DNA of 64,000 bases, from positions 7,255 to 71,254 of the forward strand of contig JALWUI010000058.1 of the NCBI GenBank assembly GCA_027082775.1, read 5' to 3'. Under the pieces are notes generated by a model. The model was not told the origin of the DNA. It worked only from the letters and a program-made list of their open reading frames with translations, and ran no database searches. The stretch is from Candidatus Kapaibacterium sp. (lineage in GTDB: Bacteria; Bacteroidota; Ignavibacteria; Kapaibacteriales; WFXC01). A program made the translations under genes and the position numbers. Below, in pieces: positions 63,943-64,000 of this stretch. Positions within the stretch are counted from its first letter, which is position 1. Every line of letters starts with the position of its first letter.

Positions 63943-64000
63943 CTTTTTATTCCTGCCGATCAACCGGATAGCGGTATGGCGAGCGATCTGCAAGTACTCC

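Overview
This is a 64-kb chromosomal segment of about 56% GC, gene-dense on both strands. It probably comes from an FCB-group bacterium (Bacteroidota/Chlorobiota/Ignavibacteriota-like), because two giant secreted proteins carry T9SS-type C-terminal sorting domains; the phylum is inferred, not shown.

Most of the window is conserved housekeeping:
- A near-complete shikimate-pathway operon: DAHP synthase, aroB, a fused aroD-aroE, aroA, aroK.
- Lipid A genes: lpxB, a DUF374 protein and lpxK together, with lpxH elsewhere.
- Heptose nucleotide-sugar genes, split into hldA and hldC.
- polA, pckA, prfA, atpD-atpC, guaB, dxs, menA, pncB, ribE, mgtE, and a tRNA-Lys(UUU) at the right edge.
- A tricorn-protease gene starts at 2698 and runs off the left edge, so it is missing from the ORF track.

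Features that warrant follow-up:
1. Two ~0.5-kb intergenic clusters (16.44-16.92 kb and 39.06-39.55 kb) of the same family of short hairpin units. They share the core ACTGGGAGCGC in alternating orientation, like REP/BIME arrays, and each holds a long GC-rich palindrome. Several ORF-track ORFs inside them are spurious.
2. Tandem ~1400-aa secreted genes. Both end in T9SS sorting domains; one has a BNR-repeat beta-propeller at its N-terminus, the other an IgGFc-binding-like N-terminus.
3. A small operon of an exported tandem-repeat protein with a WNWNWNW segment, a C39-like cysteine peptidase, a SAM methyltransferase and a YkoF/MTH1187-like protein, next to repeat cluster 1.
4. A LOG-family gene translationally coupled to menA, followed by an AT-rich stretch with a perfect 7-4-7 inverted repeat and a lower-GC hypothetical gene.
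5. An anomalous aroB / aroD-aroE junction: either an 80-nt out-of-frame overlap or a frameshift that hides a trifunctional fusion.

No CRISPR array, transposase or prophage is visible. All homology calls rest on motifs read by eye and should be confirmed by database searches.
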